A stretch of DNA of 64,000 nucleotides from Candidatus Thorarchaeota archaeon. GTDB lineage: Archaea; Asgardarchaeota; Thorarchaeia; Thorarchaeales; Thorarchaeaceae. A program made the translations under genes and the position numbers. Shown one piece after another: positions 55,168-63,768 of this stretch. The notes beneath the pieces are model-generated. The model saw only the letters and a program-made list of their open reading frames with translations, was not told the origin of the DNA and did not search any database. The stretch's first letter is position 1, and every line of letters starts with the position of its first letter. The DNA lies in contig JAGXKG010000005.1 in NCBI GenBank assembly GCA_018335335.1, forward strand, positions 2,868 to 66,867, read 5' to 3'.

Positions 55168-57081
55168 TCAATCCCTCTTCGTCTTCTTCGTGGTCTTTTT
55201 CTTCCCACTCTTCTTCTTCGAATCTGTGTTCTTCAAGTCCTCAAGGTACCCGGCATAACTCTCGAGTCCCAACTCCTTGAGCTTGGCGTCCGATGGGATA
55301 CCCTCTTTTGACCACCCTCGTGTTTCATAGTAGTCATCAAGAAGAAGGTCTAGTTCCTCTTGAGTGACGAGTGAACCCTTTGCAACTCCCGACTTGATTG
55401 GGTCAGTCATGCATCGGATGGGGAGTGTGTCCTTCTCACGACCAATGCCCTCCCGGAGATTGTAGATCTTGCCCAAGTTGCTGATTCTCTCACCACAGCG
55501 TCGCATCTCCTCTGCGGTCATTGGAATCCCAGTGGCCAGAGTGTACATTTTGGCATAACTCTCGTAGTCCCATATCCTTCTGGAGAACTTGCAAATAATG
55601 AGCGAGTCCATGACGCTATAGAGGTCCTCTCCATCTATGACAAGTTGACCCCTTCCTTTCTCAGCCTTGAAACGGTCGACCTGCCCCCCCAAGTCGGGCC
55701 CGTAGGCACCATGTCTTTGATGGTCGGCCCCTCTGCGTGAAACAGCATAACCTAGAGCACAGGTTTTGAGGCCCCGCACATCATAACCCGTCATTTCAAC
55801 GCCTTTGATATGCATAGCGAACTTCTCTGAACCTTTTCCTAGCTTAGCAGCTGCACGTTCCACACCTTCAGCCAAAAGGTCTCCTATATCTTCTCTGAGG
55901 GCAATCTTCTCTACCATGTCACACATACCTTCGGCGTTACCGAACTCAAGCTCTATACCACCTGTGTCCTCTTTGGTGATGATTCCCTTCTCGTATGCTT
56001 CCATAGCAAATGCCACCACAACACCTGTTGATAGAGCATCTGTACCGTATAAGTCACAGAGCTGTACAGCCCGAACGATTGCGTCCGGTCTGTCAACACC
56101 TGTACACGAACCAAAAGCATAGCTTGGCTCATATTCGACACGACCGATTGCACCTTTGAATGGGCCTTCTCTTACCACAGCAACATGCTCGCAGCGCATT
56201 CCACAGCTATCGCAGGCCTGTATTTTCTCAACATACATTTCATTGGAAGCTTCTCCACTTATCTTGTCTGCCTTCTCGAATACTGCATCTTGCCAGTTTC
56301 TCGTGGGCATAGCAGCCTGCTTGTTTAGTGTCAGAACGTTGGCCGCAGTACCAAGATTTCGGTACTTCTCTGTTTCCGGTCCCTTTGTCTTCTCATAGAT
56401 TTCAAGTGCCATCTCTTTGAAGCCATCAACATCAGCCACTTCTACATCATTGAAGCCTCTCACTGCGACAGCCTTGAGGTTCTTGGATCCCATCACCGCG
56501 CCCATTCCTGTGCGCCCGGCTGCTCTGAGCCGGTCATTTATGATAGCTGAAAAGCGGACAAGTTTCTCTCCTGCTGGACCGATCGATGCGACTCTCACCC
56601 CAGGATCTCCCAAGTCCGACTTGATTATGTCCTCCGTGTCCCAGTTATTCTTACCCCACAAATGGCTGGCATCGAGGATCTGGACGCTATCATCCTCCAA
56701 ATAGAGATATGACGGCCGCTCAGCCTTTCCTGTCACCACGACGATGTCATATCCAGCTCTCCTTAGTTCCGAGCCAAAGAATCCCGTTGAATATGACTCA
56801 CCGAGTCCCTGTGATTGGGGCGATTTTGCAGCGACACCCCACTTGCTGGCGCTCCCGGACACCATCATACCACAAAAGGTGCCACACGAGTATACTATAG
56901 GATTCTCGGGATCAAAAGCATCTGTGTTAGGCCGCTGATAATCAGTGATCATTTTGATACCGAATCCGGCACCACCGAGGAACTTTCTAGCCATCTCCTC
57001 CCCTAGCGGTTCGGTCTTTGTTTTTCCAGTGCGCAGGTTGATGTACAAGATATTGTTTGCATATCCTTTCACGTTATACAC
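55168..57081 (-). CDS. aor: Tungsten-type aldehyde:ferredoxin oxidoreductase
   Basis: N-terminal NILYINL.TGK, the AOR cluster and pterin motifs (CDSCGMRCEH, GTDALSTG, DHQRHGAY) and length typical of AOR, plus a Lys-rich tail. Confidence 0.95.
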   Translation of the reverse strand: MYNVKGYANNILYINLRTGKTKTEPLGEEMARKFLGGAGFGIKMITDYQRPNTDAFDPENPIVYSCGTFCGMMVSGSASKWGVAAKSPQSQGLGESYSTGFFGSELRRAGYDIVVVTGKAERPSYLYLEDDSVQILDASHLWGKNNWDTEDIIKSDLGDPGVRVASIGPAGEKLVRFSAIINDRLRAAGRTGMGAVMGSKNLKAVAVRGFNDVEVADVDGFKEMALEIYEKTKGPETEKYRNLGTAANVLTLNKQAAMPTRNWQDAVFEKADKISGEASNEMYVEKIQACDSCGMRCEHVAVVREGPFKGAIGRVEYEPSYAFGSCTGVDRPDAIVRAVQLCDLYGTDALSTGVVVAFAMEAYEKGIITKEDTGGIELEFGNAEGMCDMVEKIALREDIGDLLAEGVERAAAKLGKGSEKFAMHIKGVEMTGYDVRGLKTCALGYAVSRRGADHQRHGAYGPDLGGQVDRFKAEKGRGQLVIDGEDLYSVMDSLIICKFSRRIWDYESYAKMYTLATGIPMTAEEMRRCGERISNLGKIYNLREGIGREKDTLPIRCMTDPIKSGVAKGSLVTQEELDLLLDDYYETRGWSKEGIPSDAKLKELGLESYAGYLEDLKNTDSKKKSGKKKTTKKTKRD

Positions 57082-57406
57082 TCTCAGCCAGTTCCAAATG
57101 CATATTTTCGTGTGAGCGGCGAATAAAGCTGTGATAAACGTATCGACGATTATATGTTCACGACCAGATGGATTAACGTGGGACAGTCGAGAAGAGGACC
57201 GCTTAATTCGATAGAATCTGGGAAAAAGATACGGATACGTGCAGCTGGCAGGATCTCTTCTGAATGAAGAAACACAAAGGCGGTCTCTCGAAGCATGAGA
57301 TTCTCACCAAGTTTTTTATTTCATTCCAAAAGAGATTTAATATATACGATATTGCGAAGCGCATCTTAGTCACAATATAGCAAGCTAACAGAGGAATGAT
57401 AGGTAT

Positions 57407-58273
57407 TTGCCACTACGACTGCAGAAGACAGAAACTGACAATGCTTTGGTCATCGAACGCGGGCTCTACACAAAACGCTTCTTGCTGACTGTAAATCGGG
57501 AAAAGTGTAGAGGATGTGGCGTTTGTGAAAGGGTCTGTCATACAGACGCGATTGCTCTCGTCGACAGAGAGAAGACAATAGTAGACGGAGAAGAGGTTGC
57601 GCAAAGAGCGATTCTTGATATTGACGAGCATCTCTGCGATCACTGCGGCATGTGTGAAGCAATGTGTCCGTTTTGTGCAATCGAACATACAATCAATGGT
57701 GAGCCAATCGTGTGTGTCTACGAAACAGAGAGTTTCCCTCAGTATGTTCGCGACATCAGGGTCAAGGAAGAGAAGATAAATCCGTATTTGGAAAGAGCAG
57801 ACGAGTTGTGTCCGTTGAATCTCATTTCGGTAGAAGATGGAAAACTAGCCATCGATGAGAAATCATGTCCCTGTTGCAGACATTGTGAAGACAGGACAGA
57901 AGGCGCGATTCTTGTGCGTCCAATCTTCTTGGGCTCCATCATCATCAATCAGGAGAAGTGTCCTGAAGGCTGCAAGAGCTGCCTAGATGTGTGTCCCGTA
58001 GAGGCTCTGGAATTAAGCGAGGATGGGAATGTCTATCCCCTAGGAAGATACTGTGTTTACTGCGAGGCATGCGTTCAAGTCTGCCCAAAGCCGGAGGAGG
58101 CGCTGATTGTTACACGGACATCAGTTCGACATACCCCCATCAAGTCTGGGGCATGGAACAAAGCGTTAGACAAACTGGCGACCTCCGATGCCTGCGATCG
58201 TGAACTTCGGACGAAAAGAACAAGTAAAGTTGCCGAGGCCATGAAACGACGAGACATGGGTGGAGGAAAGTGA
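57407..58273 (+). CDS. Polyferredoxin-like protein (4-5 [4Fe-4S] motifs)
   Basis: CRGCGVCERVC, CDHCGMCEAMCP, CPCCRHCE, CPEGCKSCLDVCP and CVYCEACVQVCP. The TTG start is uncertain. Confidence 0.8.
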   Translation: MPLRLQKTETDNALVIERGLYTKRFLLTVNREKCRGCGVCERVCHTDAIALVDREKTIVDGEEVAQRAILDIDEHLCDHCGMCEAMCPFCAIEHTINGEPIVCVYETESFPQYVRDIRVKEEKINPYLERADELCPLNLISVEDGKLAIDEKSCPCCRHCEDRTEGAILVRPIFLGSIIINQEKCPEGCKSCLDVCPVEALELSEDGNVYPLGRYCVYCEACVQVCPKPEEALIVTRTSVRHTPIKSGAWNKALDKLATSDACDRELRTKRTSKVAEAMKRRDMGGGK

Positions 58274-58309
58274 TCAATATTGACTGACACGGAGACCGAA
58301 CAGAATCAT

Positions 58310-60796
58310 ATGACACGCGTAGCGGAAGAACCCCGAATTGGTGTCTTCATCTGCCACTGCGGTTCGAACATAGCTGGCACTCTCGACATTGACGAGTTAG
58401 AAGAATATGCCAAAACGCTTGACTCGGTTGTCCACGTCAAACAGAACCGATACACATGTGCAGATCCCGGTCAGAAGGAGATTCGTGAAGCCATTAAGGA
58501 ACACAAACTCAACAAGGTGGTGGTTGCCGCATGTTCACCCCGAATGCACGAACCCACCTTTAGGGTCACGGTCTCGGACGCAGGAATGAACCCGTTCAAC
58601 TTCATCATGGCCAATATCAGAGAACACTGCTCATGGTGTCATGAGGAGACCGAGGACTCTTTGCAAAAGGCGAAAGAAATCATCAAGATGGCGGTTGTCA
58701 AGGCTGCATTGACCGTGCCTCTGCAGAAGTTCGAAGTGCCTGTGACGGATAAAGCCATGGTCATCGGAGGGGGCGTTTCCGGAATCCATGCCGCTCTTGA
58801 CCTCGCCAATATGGGATATAAGACGTATCTTGTCGAACGTGATGAGAGTATTGGCGGCCACATGGCTCAGCTCGACAAGACCTTCCCCACACTGGACTGT
58901 TCAATCTGTATCGAGGGGCCGAAGATGGTCGAGGCGGGACGACACGCCAATATCGAAATCATCTCTTTTGCGGATGTCGTACATGTGGATGGGTACGTTG
59001 GAAACTTCGAGGTGAGAATCCAAAAGAATCCCCGATACGTCATCCAAGATAATTGTACAGGCTGCGGCGAGTGTTCAGATGTCTGCCCAGTAGAGTATCC
59101 TAATGCGTGGGAACAGAATCTGGGAACGCGAAAGGCAATTTCCGTCCCATTCCCACAGGCTGTCCCTCTCGTGTACACTATAAATCGCGACCACTGTATC
59201 GAGTGTTACAAGTGTGTTGATGTCTGTGGCGAACGGCAGGCTATCGACTTCGAACAGGAGCCTGAAGAGATTGAAGTGGAGGTGGGAACTATCACAGTGG
59301 CTACAGGCTATCACTCCATGTACGAACCAGTCAGGGGAGGAGAGTCTGAGGCGGCTCAAGAAGGGTATTATGGTTACGGGAAATTCGAGAATGTCATAAC
59401 CGCCCTTGAAGTAGAGCGACTCATCTGTGCGGGCGGACCCACAGGAGGAGAAGTCATTCGTAGGTCTGATGGGAAACACCCTCATCGTGTAGGCTTCATC
59501 CAATGTGTGGGCTCTCGAGATGTCAATAAGTACGAGTATTGCTCCAATTTCTGCTGCATGTACACTCTGAAGAATGCCATTCTCATCAATGAGCACGAGC
59601 CTGATACTGAGATATTCATCTGGTATATCGACATGAGGACTCCTGGAAAGGGATATGAGGACTTCTACACCAGAGCAAGAGAAGCCGGCTTCACGTTCAT
59701 CAAGGGCAGACCACACAAGGTCATCGAGGACCCCGAAACCAAGAACCTGATTGTACGTTCTGAAGATGTGCTCCTCGGGAAAGAGGTAGAGGTAGAGGTT
59801 GACCTGCTAATCCTAGCTACGGCTGGTGAGCCAAGCTTTGGAACTGGGGAGCTCGGCGCGAAACTCCATATCACCAGAAGCGCCGACGGATTCTTCATGG
59901 AGGCACATCCGAAGCTCAAACCCCTCGATACAGCTGTGGATGGAATCACCCTGTCCGGTGCCTGTCAGGGTCTCAAGGACATACCTCACTCAGTATCAGC
60001 TGGCAGCGGTGCAGCGTCGCGTGCTGCGACCATCCTGTCGAAAGATACCGTTGAGATTGAGCCCATTGTAGCTGTGGTTGACCCTGACAAGTGCATGAAT
60101 GTGGATCGAAACTGTGGCATCTGTGTGGACAAATGCCCCTATGTTGCCATCACAGCAAAAGACGGTAAGGCTGCCGTTATCAACGTAGCCAATTGTCATG
60201 GCTGCGGTACATGTGTTGCGTCTTGTCCCCACGATGCCATTGAGCAGATGCACTTCACTGACCCTATGATTTTCTCGCAAATCAGAGCAGCACTGGAGGA
60301 CAAGCCCGAGGAAAAGATTCTGGTCTTTGCCTGCAATTGGTGCTGTTATGGTGGGTCTGATCTTGCAGGAACAAGCAGGTTCACCTATCCTCCCAATTCA
60401 CGCATCATCAGAGTGATGTGTTCCGGCAGGGTGGACACGGACTTTGTCGCAGAGGCCTTCAGACTTGGTGCTGGAGCAGTCATGGTGGGTGCATGCCACA
60501 GACCCACAGACTGTCACTACATCAGCGGAAATATTATCGCATATGAGAGGTTCCAACGCTACCATAAGGTGCTTGAAAGAGCAGGAATCAGCACCGAGAG
60601 ATTCCTATGGAAGGAAATCTCCGCAGCTGAGGGACTTGTCTTTGCAAGAACAATGGAAGAGCTGAATCAGAGGCTTGAGGACATCGGTATCGACAGGATC
60701 AAGGAAGAGAATGAAAAGGCGAGGAATAGAATCTCAGCACCTCTAAAGAGGAAGGGGCTCATTCCAAAAAGCGAGAAGACAGAACAAGAAGAGTAA
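58310..60796 (+). CDS. hdrA: HdrA-like flavoprotein fused to a C-terminal MvhD domain
   Basis: IGVFICHCGSNIAG, the FAD motif VIGGGVSGIHAAL, LDCSICIEGPKM, an inserted 2x[4Fe-4S] domain, CVGSRD...CSNFCCMY, and a C-terminal ferredoxin domain. The MvhD signature follows: FACNWCCYGGSDLAG...RVMCSGRVD...GACH..DCHY. Confidence 0.9.
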   Translation: MTRVAEEPRIGVFICHCGSNIAGTLDIDELEEYAKTLDSVVHVKQNRYTCADPGQKEIREAIKEHKLNKVVVAACSPRMHEPTFRVTVSDAGMNPFNFIMANIREHCSWCHEETEDSLQKAKEIIKMAVVKAALTVPLQKFEVPVTDKAMVIGGGVSGIHAALDLANMGYKTYLVERDESIGGHMAQLDKTFPTLDCSICIEGPKMVEAGRHANIEIISFADVVHVDGYVGNFEVRIQKNPRYVIQDNCTGCGECSDVCPVEYPNAWEQNLGTRKAISVPFPQAVPLVYTINRDHCIECYKCVDVCGERQAIDFEQEPEEIEVEVGTITVATGYHSMYEPVRGGESEAAQEGYYGYGKFENVITALEVERLICAGGPTGGEVIRRSDGKHPHRVGFIQCVGSRDVNKYEYCSNFCCMYTLKNAILINEHEPDTEIFIWYIDMRTPGKGYEDFYTRAREAGFTFIKGRPHKVIEDPETKNLIVRSEDVLLGKEVEVEVDLLILATAGEPSFGTGELGAKLHITRSADGFFMEAHPKLKPLDTAVDGITLSGACQGLKDIPHSVSAGSGAASRAATILSKDTVEIEPIVAVVDPDKCMNVDRNCGICVDKCPYVAITAKDGKAAVINVANCHGCGTCVASCPHDAIEQMHFTDPMIFSQIRAALEDKPEEKILVFACNWCCYGGSDLAGTSRFTYPPNSRIIRVMCSGRVDTDFVAEAFRLGAGAVMVGACHRPTDCHYISGNIIAYERFQRYHKVLERAGISTERFLWKEISAAEGLVFARTMEELNQRLEDIGIDRIKEENEKARNRISAPLKRKGLIPKSEKTEQEE

Positions 60797-60876
60797 TCCT
60801 GTATCGAGAAATCAGGTTCTCTCGCGCGTTCTCCTCGGATAGCCTCCGAGCTGAGATAGATGATTCTCCCCGTTCG

Positions 60877-61146
60877 TTGGTGAGGGCGAATCCCATCGTG
60901 GCCAACAGCTTCCCGAGGCATCTGTCGCAATTATCGAACTCGAGCGCGGAGAGGGTCGCTGATGAGGTCCTTGTGGAATACGCTCAGGCACTGGTGAAAG
61001 ACGGAAAATCCTCTGTAGCGAGAAAACATGTGAAAGAAGCTATCAGCATCTACGAGAAGCAACTGCAGAAATGGAATAGTGATAGTATTCGTGCTGAACT
61101 CGAAACGGCGAAAGAGTTACTGAAACAAATCGAAGAGTGTGAGTAG
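60877..61146 (+). CDS. Hypothetical helical protein
   Basis: ORF only; the C-terminal half looks like a TPR-like helix pair. Confidence 0.4.
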   Translation: MVRANPIVANSFPRHLSQLSNSSAERVADEVLVEYAQALVKDGKSSVARKHVKEAISIYEKQLQKWNSDSIRAELETAKELLKQIEECE

Positions 61147-61207
61147 CCAAACGGCCGGTCAACTCAACATTGTAAAACATCTGCAAAATATAGAGGGTGC
61201 TCAACAG
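61141..61207. repeat. Repeat R2, copy b
   Basis: See 51246..51311. Confidence 0.7.
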
Positions 61208-61370
61208 TGCCAGGAGGGCAAACTCCCTGTTCTCTAACCTGCCCGCGGGCCCGATACTTCAGCTGCTCTACCTCTACGAGGTAGAAACGTAGGAGGTGAT
61301 TGATGGAAGCGATAATATGCTCATCTATTGGATGTTTAAGGGGAGAGTTCTATGGGTAAAGAGTGTTCAT

Positions 61371-61769
61371 TCATAATTGTTCTGAAGAGTCTGAAACTGC
61401 ATGCTTTCTTAGCCATGCGGCGCTAGTATCGATTTCAACCTCTCCTTTTGCTATTGAAATACACATATCTTCAGCATCATCAATGTCTATCATTAAATAA
61501 TGACCATTGAAAGCAAGAAAAAGCGCAGTAGTCAGCCATCCCGTTCTTTTATTACCATCAACAAATGGATGTTTGTCAATTATGCAATGCAACAGGGCCG
61601 CAGCCTTTTTCCAAATAGAGGGATATGGATCAAATCCGTAGTATTGCTTGACTGGGATTTCCAAACAATCAACCAAGTCTGATTTACATAAGATTCCGGA
61701 CTCGCCCCCGTATCGTTCCAGAGATTGTTCATGTATTCTCATTACCTGACTTATTGATAACAATCTCAA
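61371..61769 (-). CDS. doc: Fic/Doc-family toxin (death-on-curing type)
   Basis: Fic motif HPFVDGNKRTG, ~130 aa Doc-size protein. Confidence 0.9.
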   Translation of the reverse strand: MRLLSISQVMRIHEQSLERYGGESGILCKSDLVDCLEIPVKQYYGFDPYPSIWKKAAALLHCIIDKHPFVDGNKRTGWLTTALFLAFNGHYLMIDIDDAEDMCISIAKGEVEIDTSAAWLRKHAVSDSSEQL

Positions 61770-61795
61770 ATAGAACTGCCCTCTCTAATGGACTA

Positions 61796-62065
61796 CTAAC
61801 CAGCTAATCTTCTCAGCAACTCATCATATTTTTCAAATGCCTTCTCAAGGGCTTCTTCAAACTCATCATCAGGAATTTGTGAATCTATTCTACGAGGGGT
61901 CGTAGTCATTATTGGGACTCTAATAGAGACCTGGTGATTTGAGTCAACTCCAGTTGTTTCAATTTCAGAACTCATTTCTGCTGAAGTGGAGTCCAACATC
62001 TGAGAGGCAGAGGTAAGGCCTGATGTATCATCTTCTGGATTTTCTTCAATCTCTTCATATGACAT
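61796..62065 (-). CDS. Small acidic protein, putative Doc antitoxin
   Basis: Lies 26 nt upstream of doc. It has a disordered acidic N-terminus and a C-terminal amphipathic helix (DEFEEALEKAFEKYDELLRRL). No recognisable DNA-binding fold. Confidence 0.4.
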   Translation of the reverse strand: MSYEEIEENPEDDTSGLTSASQMLDSTSAEMSSEIETTGVDSNHQVSIRVPIMTTTPRRIDSQIPDDEFEEALEKAFEKYDELLRRLAG

Positions 62066-62105
62066 TTAATGGCCACCTCTTATGTTATTATTAGGTGATT
62101 TTCTA

Positions 62106-63137
62106 CTAAATCTTTTCATTCTGGAACCATCCTTCCTCTAGCACTCGTTCTTGATACCCAATGGTAGGTTGAGGAATGGCAGGAGGTTTTATTTCGACAC
62201 GATTTATTTCCTTTCTTGTTCTAAATACATGGGTCAATCCAGTGGTTTCAATAATAGCTCTATTCAATTCAGCAACAACTGAGTCGCCCTCATTAAGTTC
62301 CGATTCTGGATGGTAGGGTTGATTCAATAACAAAGCTTGAACATACAAATTAAAAAGATTCATCACCAGTTGTTCTGTCGCCAAATCTGCCTCTTCGATG
62401 TTGAGTTCAAGCGTTTCAATTGCTTCTCGGCGCCCCATCAAATAGTTGTGTGAGAATCGTTCCTCCGTCAGGATCTTAACAGTTTTTTCAATTTGGTTTT
62501 CATCATCCATATGCATTGATAAAAGGGATTCTCCAAAAAAGGATATCTGCTGTCTAGATCGATATACTGACCCAAGTGCAATGGGGTGAACTTTATTCGT
62601 AAGTTCTTTGAAAACTTCCAACCTAGATTTTTCACTCTTTAGGTCGAAAGATTTTTCGGCCAAGCCAAGAAAACCCATTACGTCTTCTACCGAAATTGGA
62701 ACTTGTCGCGTGTTGCCCTTTGGAGCACCAGGGACTTGAAGTATCGGAGCAAAAGGTGTTCCAACTGATGGGTCTATAGGACTCAAAAGCCCCAATCTAG
62801 TCATAAATATGCTATCTGCACCCAAGGCGATTAGTGTCGCGCAGCTGAGAGCCTTAGAAGGGATAATAATTCTGAATTCATCAGTGAACTCCCTAATCAG
62901 ATTCACCAAAGCAAAACCAGCCATGGTGATTCCCCCGGTACTATAGAGCATCAAATCAATGCGATTCTGTTTTCCCATTTTTGTTAGATGTTTACTAAGA
63001 GGTGTTAGAATATCACTGGCAATTTTTGTTTCAGCGTTTCTTCGGTCACCCAAAATACAAACTATTAATCGAGATTTTCGAGTGTCTTCAATCTCCTCTA
63101 TTAGCCGTAACCGATTCTTCTTCAATGCTGTGGACAT
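62106..63137 (-). CDS. ClpP/SppA-fold serine protease of the SDH (serine dehydrogenase proteinase) family
   Basis: IDLMLYSTGGITMAG...IIIPSKALSCATLIALGADSIFM..LGLLSPIDPS matches the family core (lhT.GG...vp..A.SAgTliALgAdeI.M...LGPiDPq). Confidence 0.75.
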   Translation of the reverse strand: MSTALKKNRLRLIEEIEDTRKSRLIVCILGDRRNAETKIASDILTPLSKHLTKMGKQNRIDLMLYSTGGITMAGFALVNLIREFTDEFRIIIPSKALSCATLIALGADSIFMTRLGLLSPIDPSVGTPFAPILQVPGAPKGNTRQVPISVEDVMGFLGLAEKSFDLKSEKSRLEVFKELTNKVHPIALGSVYRSRQQISFFGESLLSMHMDDENQIEKTVKILTEERFSHNYLMGRREAIETLELNIEEADLATEQLVMNLFNLYVQALLLNQPYHPESELNEGDSVVAELNRAIIETTGLTHVFRTRKEINRVEIKPPAIPQPTIGYQERVLEEGWFQNEKI

Positions 63138-63389
63138 AAACCTTCAATTGATTCATTGAGTCGAACATAAATAAACCTCTTCAATATGCTATTTAACTTG
63201 GAATGAATAAGGAAGAATGTCAAAGATATCTCAATAATTGTCAATCTACCACTCCTTTAGTCGAAAATCAGAAATCCACGCAGGACATACATGAGATAAT
63301 TGGCTTAACCAATATGCCCCCTTTCCAAAGAGTCGTAACAAGGTCCGACCTGTCTGTGGGGGGAACGGAGAGTACAATTCGTTGAATGC

Positions 63390-63655
63390 AAGAATTACTC
63401 TCACGCTCTTCCCCGTCCTATCGATGCAGAGTGAGTGAACCCAACTGCGGAAACTTCTGTGTTCCACCCTTACCCTGCCAGCGTCGCCGCTCCCACGGTA
63501 CCCGCAGGCCCGTGAGTCAGCAGGGGCTTCGTCCGCGTTCACTGGAACGGGGTTCCTCCCGCGGTCCTGGCTTCCGTCTCCTGTCGTCATCCCGGGTCAT
63601 CACTCCTGGCGACAGCGAGGTCTTCCACAGTTCTTGCCGTGACATGGTTGGCATT
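63390..63655. ncRNA. GC-rich structured RNA candidate (class and strand unresolved)
   Basis: GC is clearly above the flanks, and both-strand ORFs here are non-protein-like. Nested helices: GCCAG (63477-81)/CTGGC (63567-71) enclose two hairpins, and CTGTCG...CGACAG spans 63581-63615. A TATA-like ATATAAAG lies on the minus strand at ~63674-63682. Confidence 0.4.
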
Positions 63656-63768
63656 TGTCAGTCTGCTACAATACTTTATATGATTAGGAGAAGCATAGTA
63701 GCTATATTGAGGGGAGCGATGTAGACTCTATTATAGCGCTCAACTGGCTCATTTCTCTCTGTGGAATT

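Noticed and set aside
55155-55208. An Arg-rich N-terminal extension of the ferredoxin (MGRKRPRRRRRGIDGGNR).
   Set aside because: It overlaps the AOR 3' end. The ATG at 55154 has a well-placed GGAGG, and ferredoxins of this type start near the first Cys motif.
63270-63655. Attempt to call this RNA as RNase P RNA (minus strand) or SRP RNA (plus strand).
   Set aside because: For RNase P, I could not build P3/P4 or find GGAAAGUCC / GGCUUA. For SRP, the helix-8 apical stem is broken and the hairpin order is reversed. It is left unassigned pending covariance-model search.
63246-63724. ORFs of 114 aa (minus) and 112 aa (plus) over the GC-rich segment.
   Set aside because: Both are Arg/Gly/Pro/Ser-rich with no start context. 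The region has extensive nested complementarity, so it is treated as RNA.
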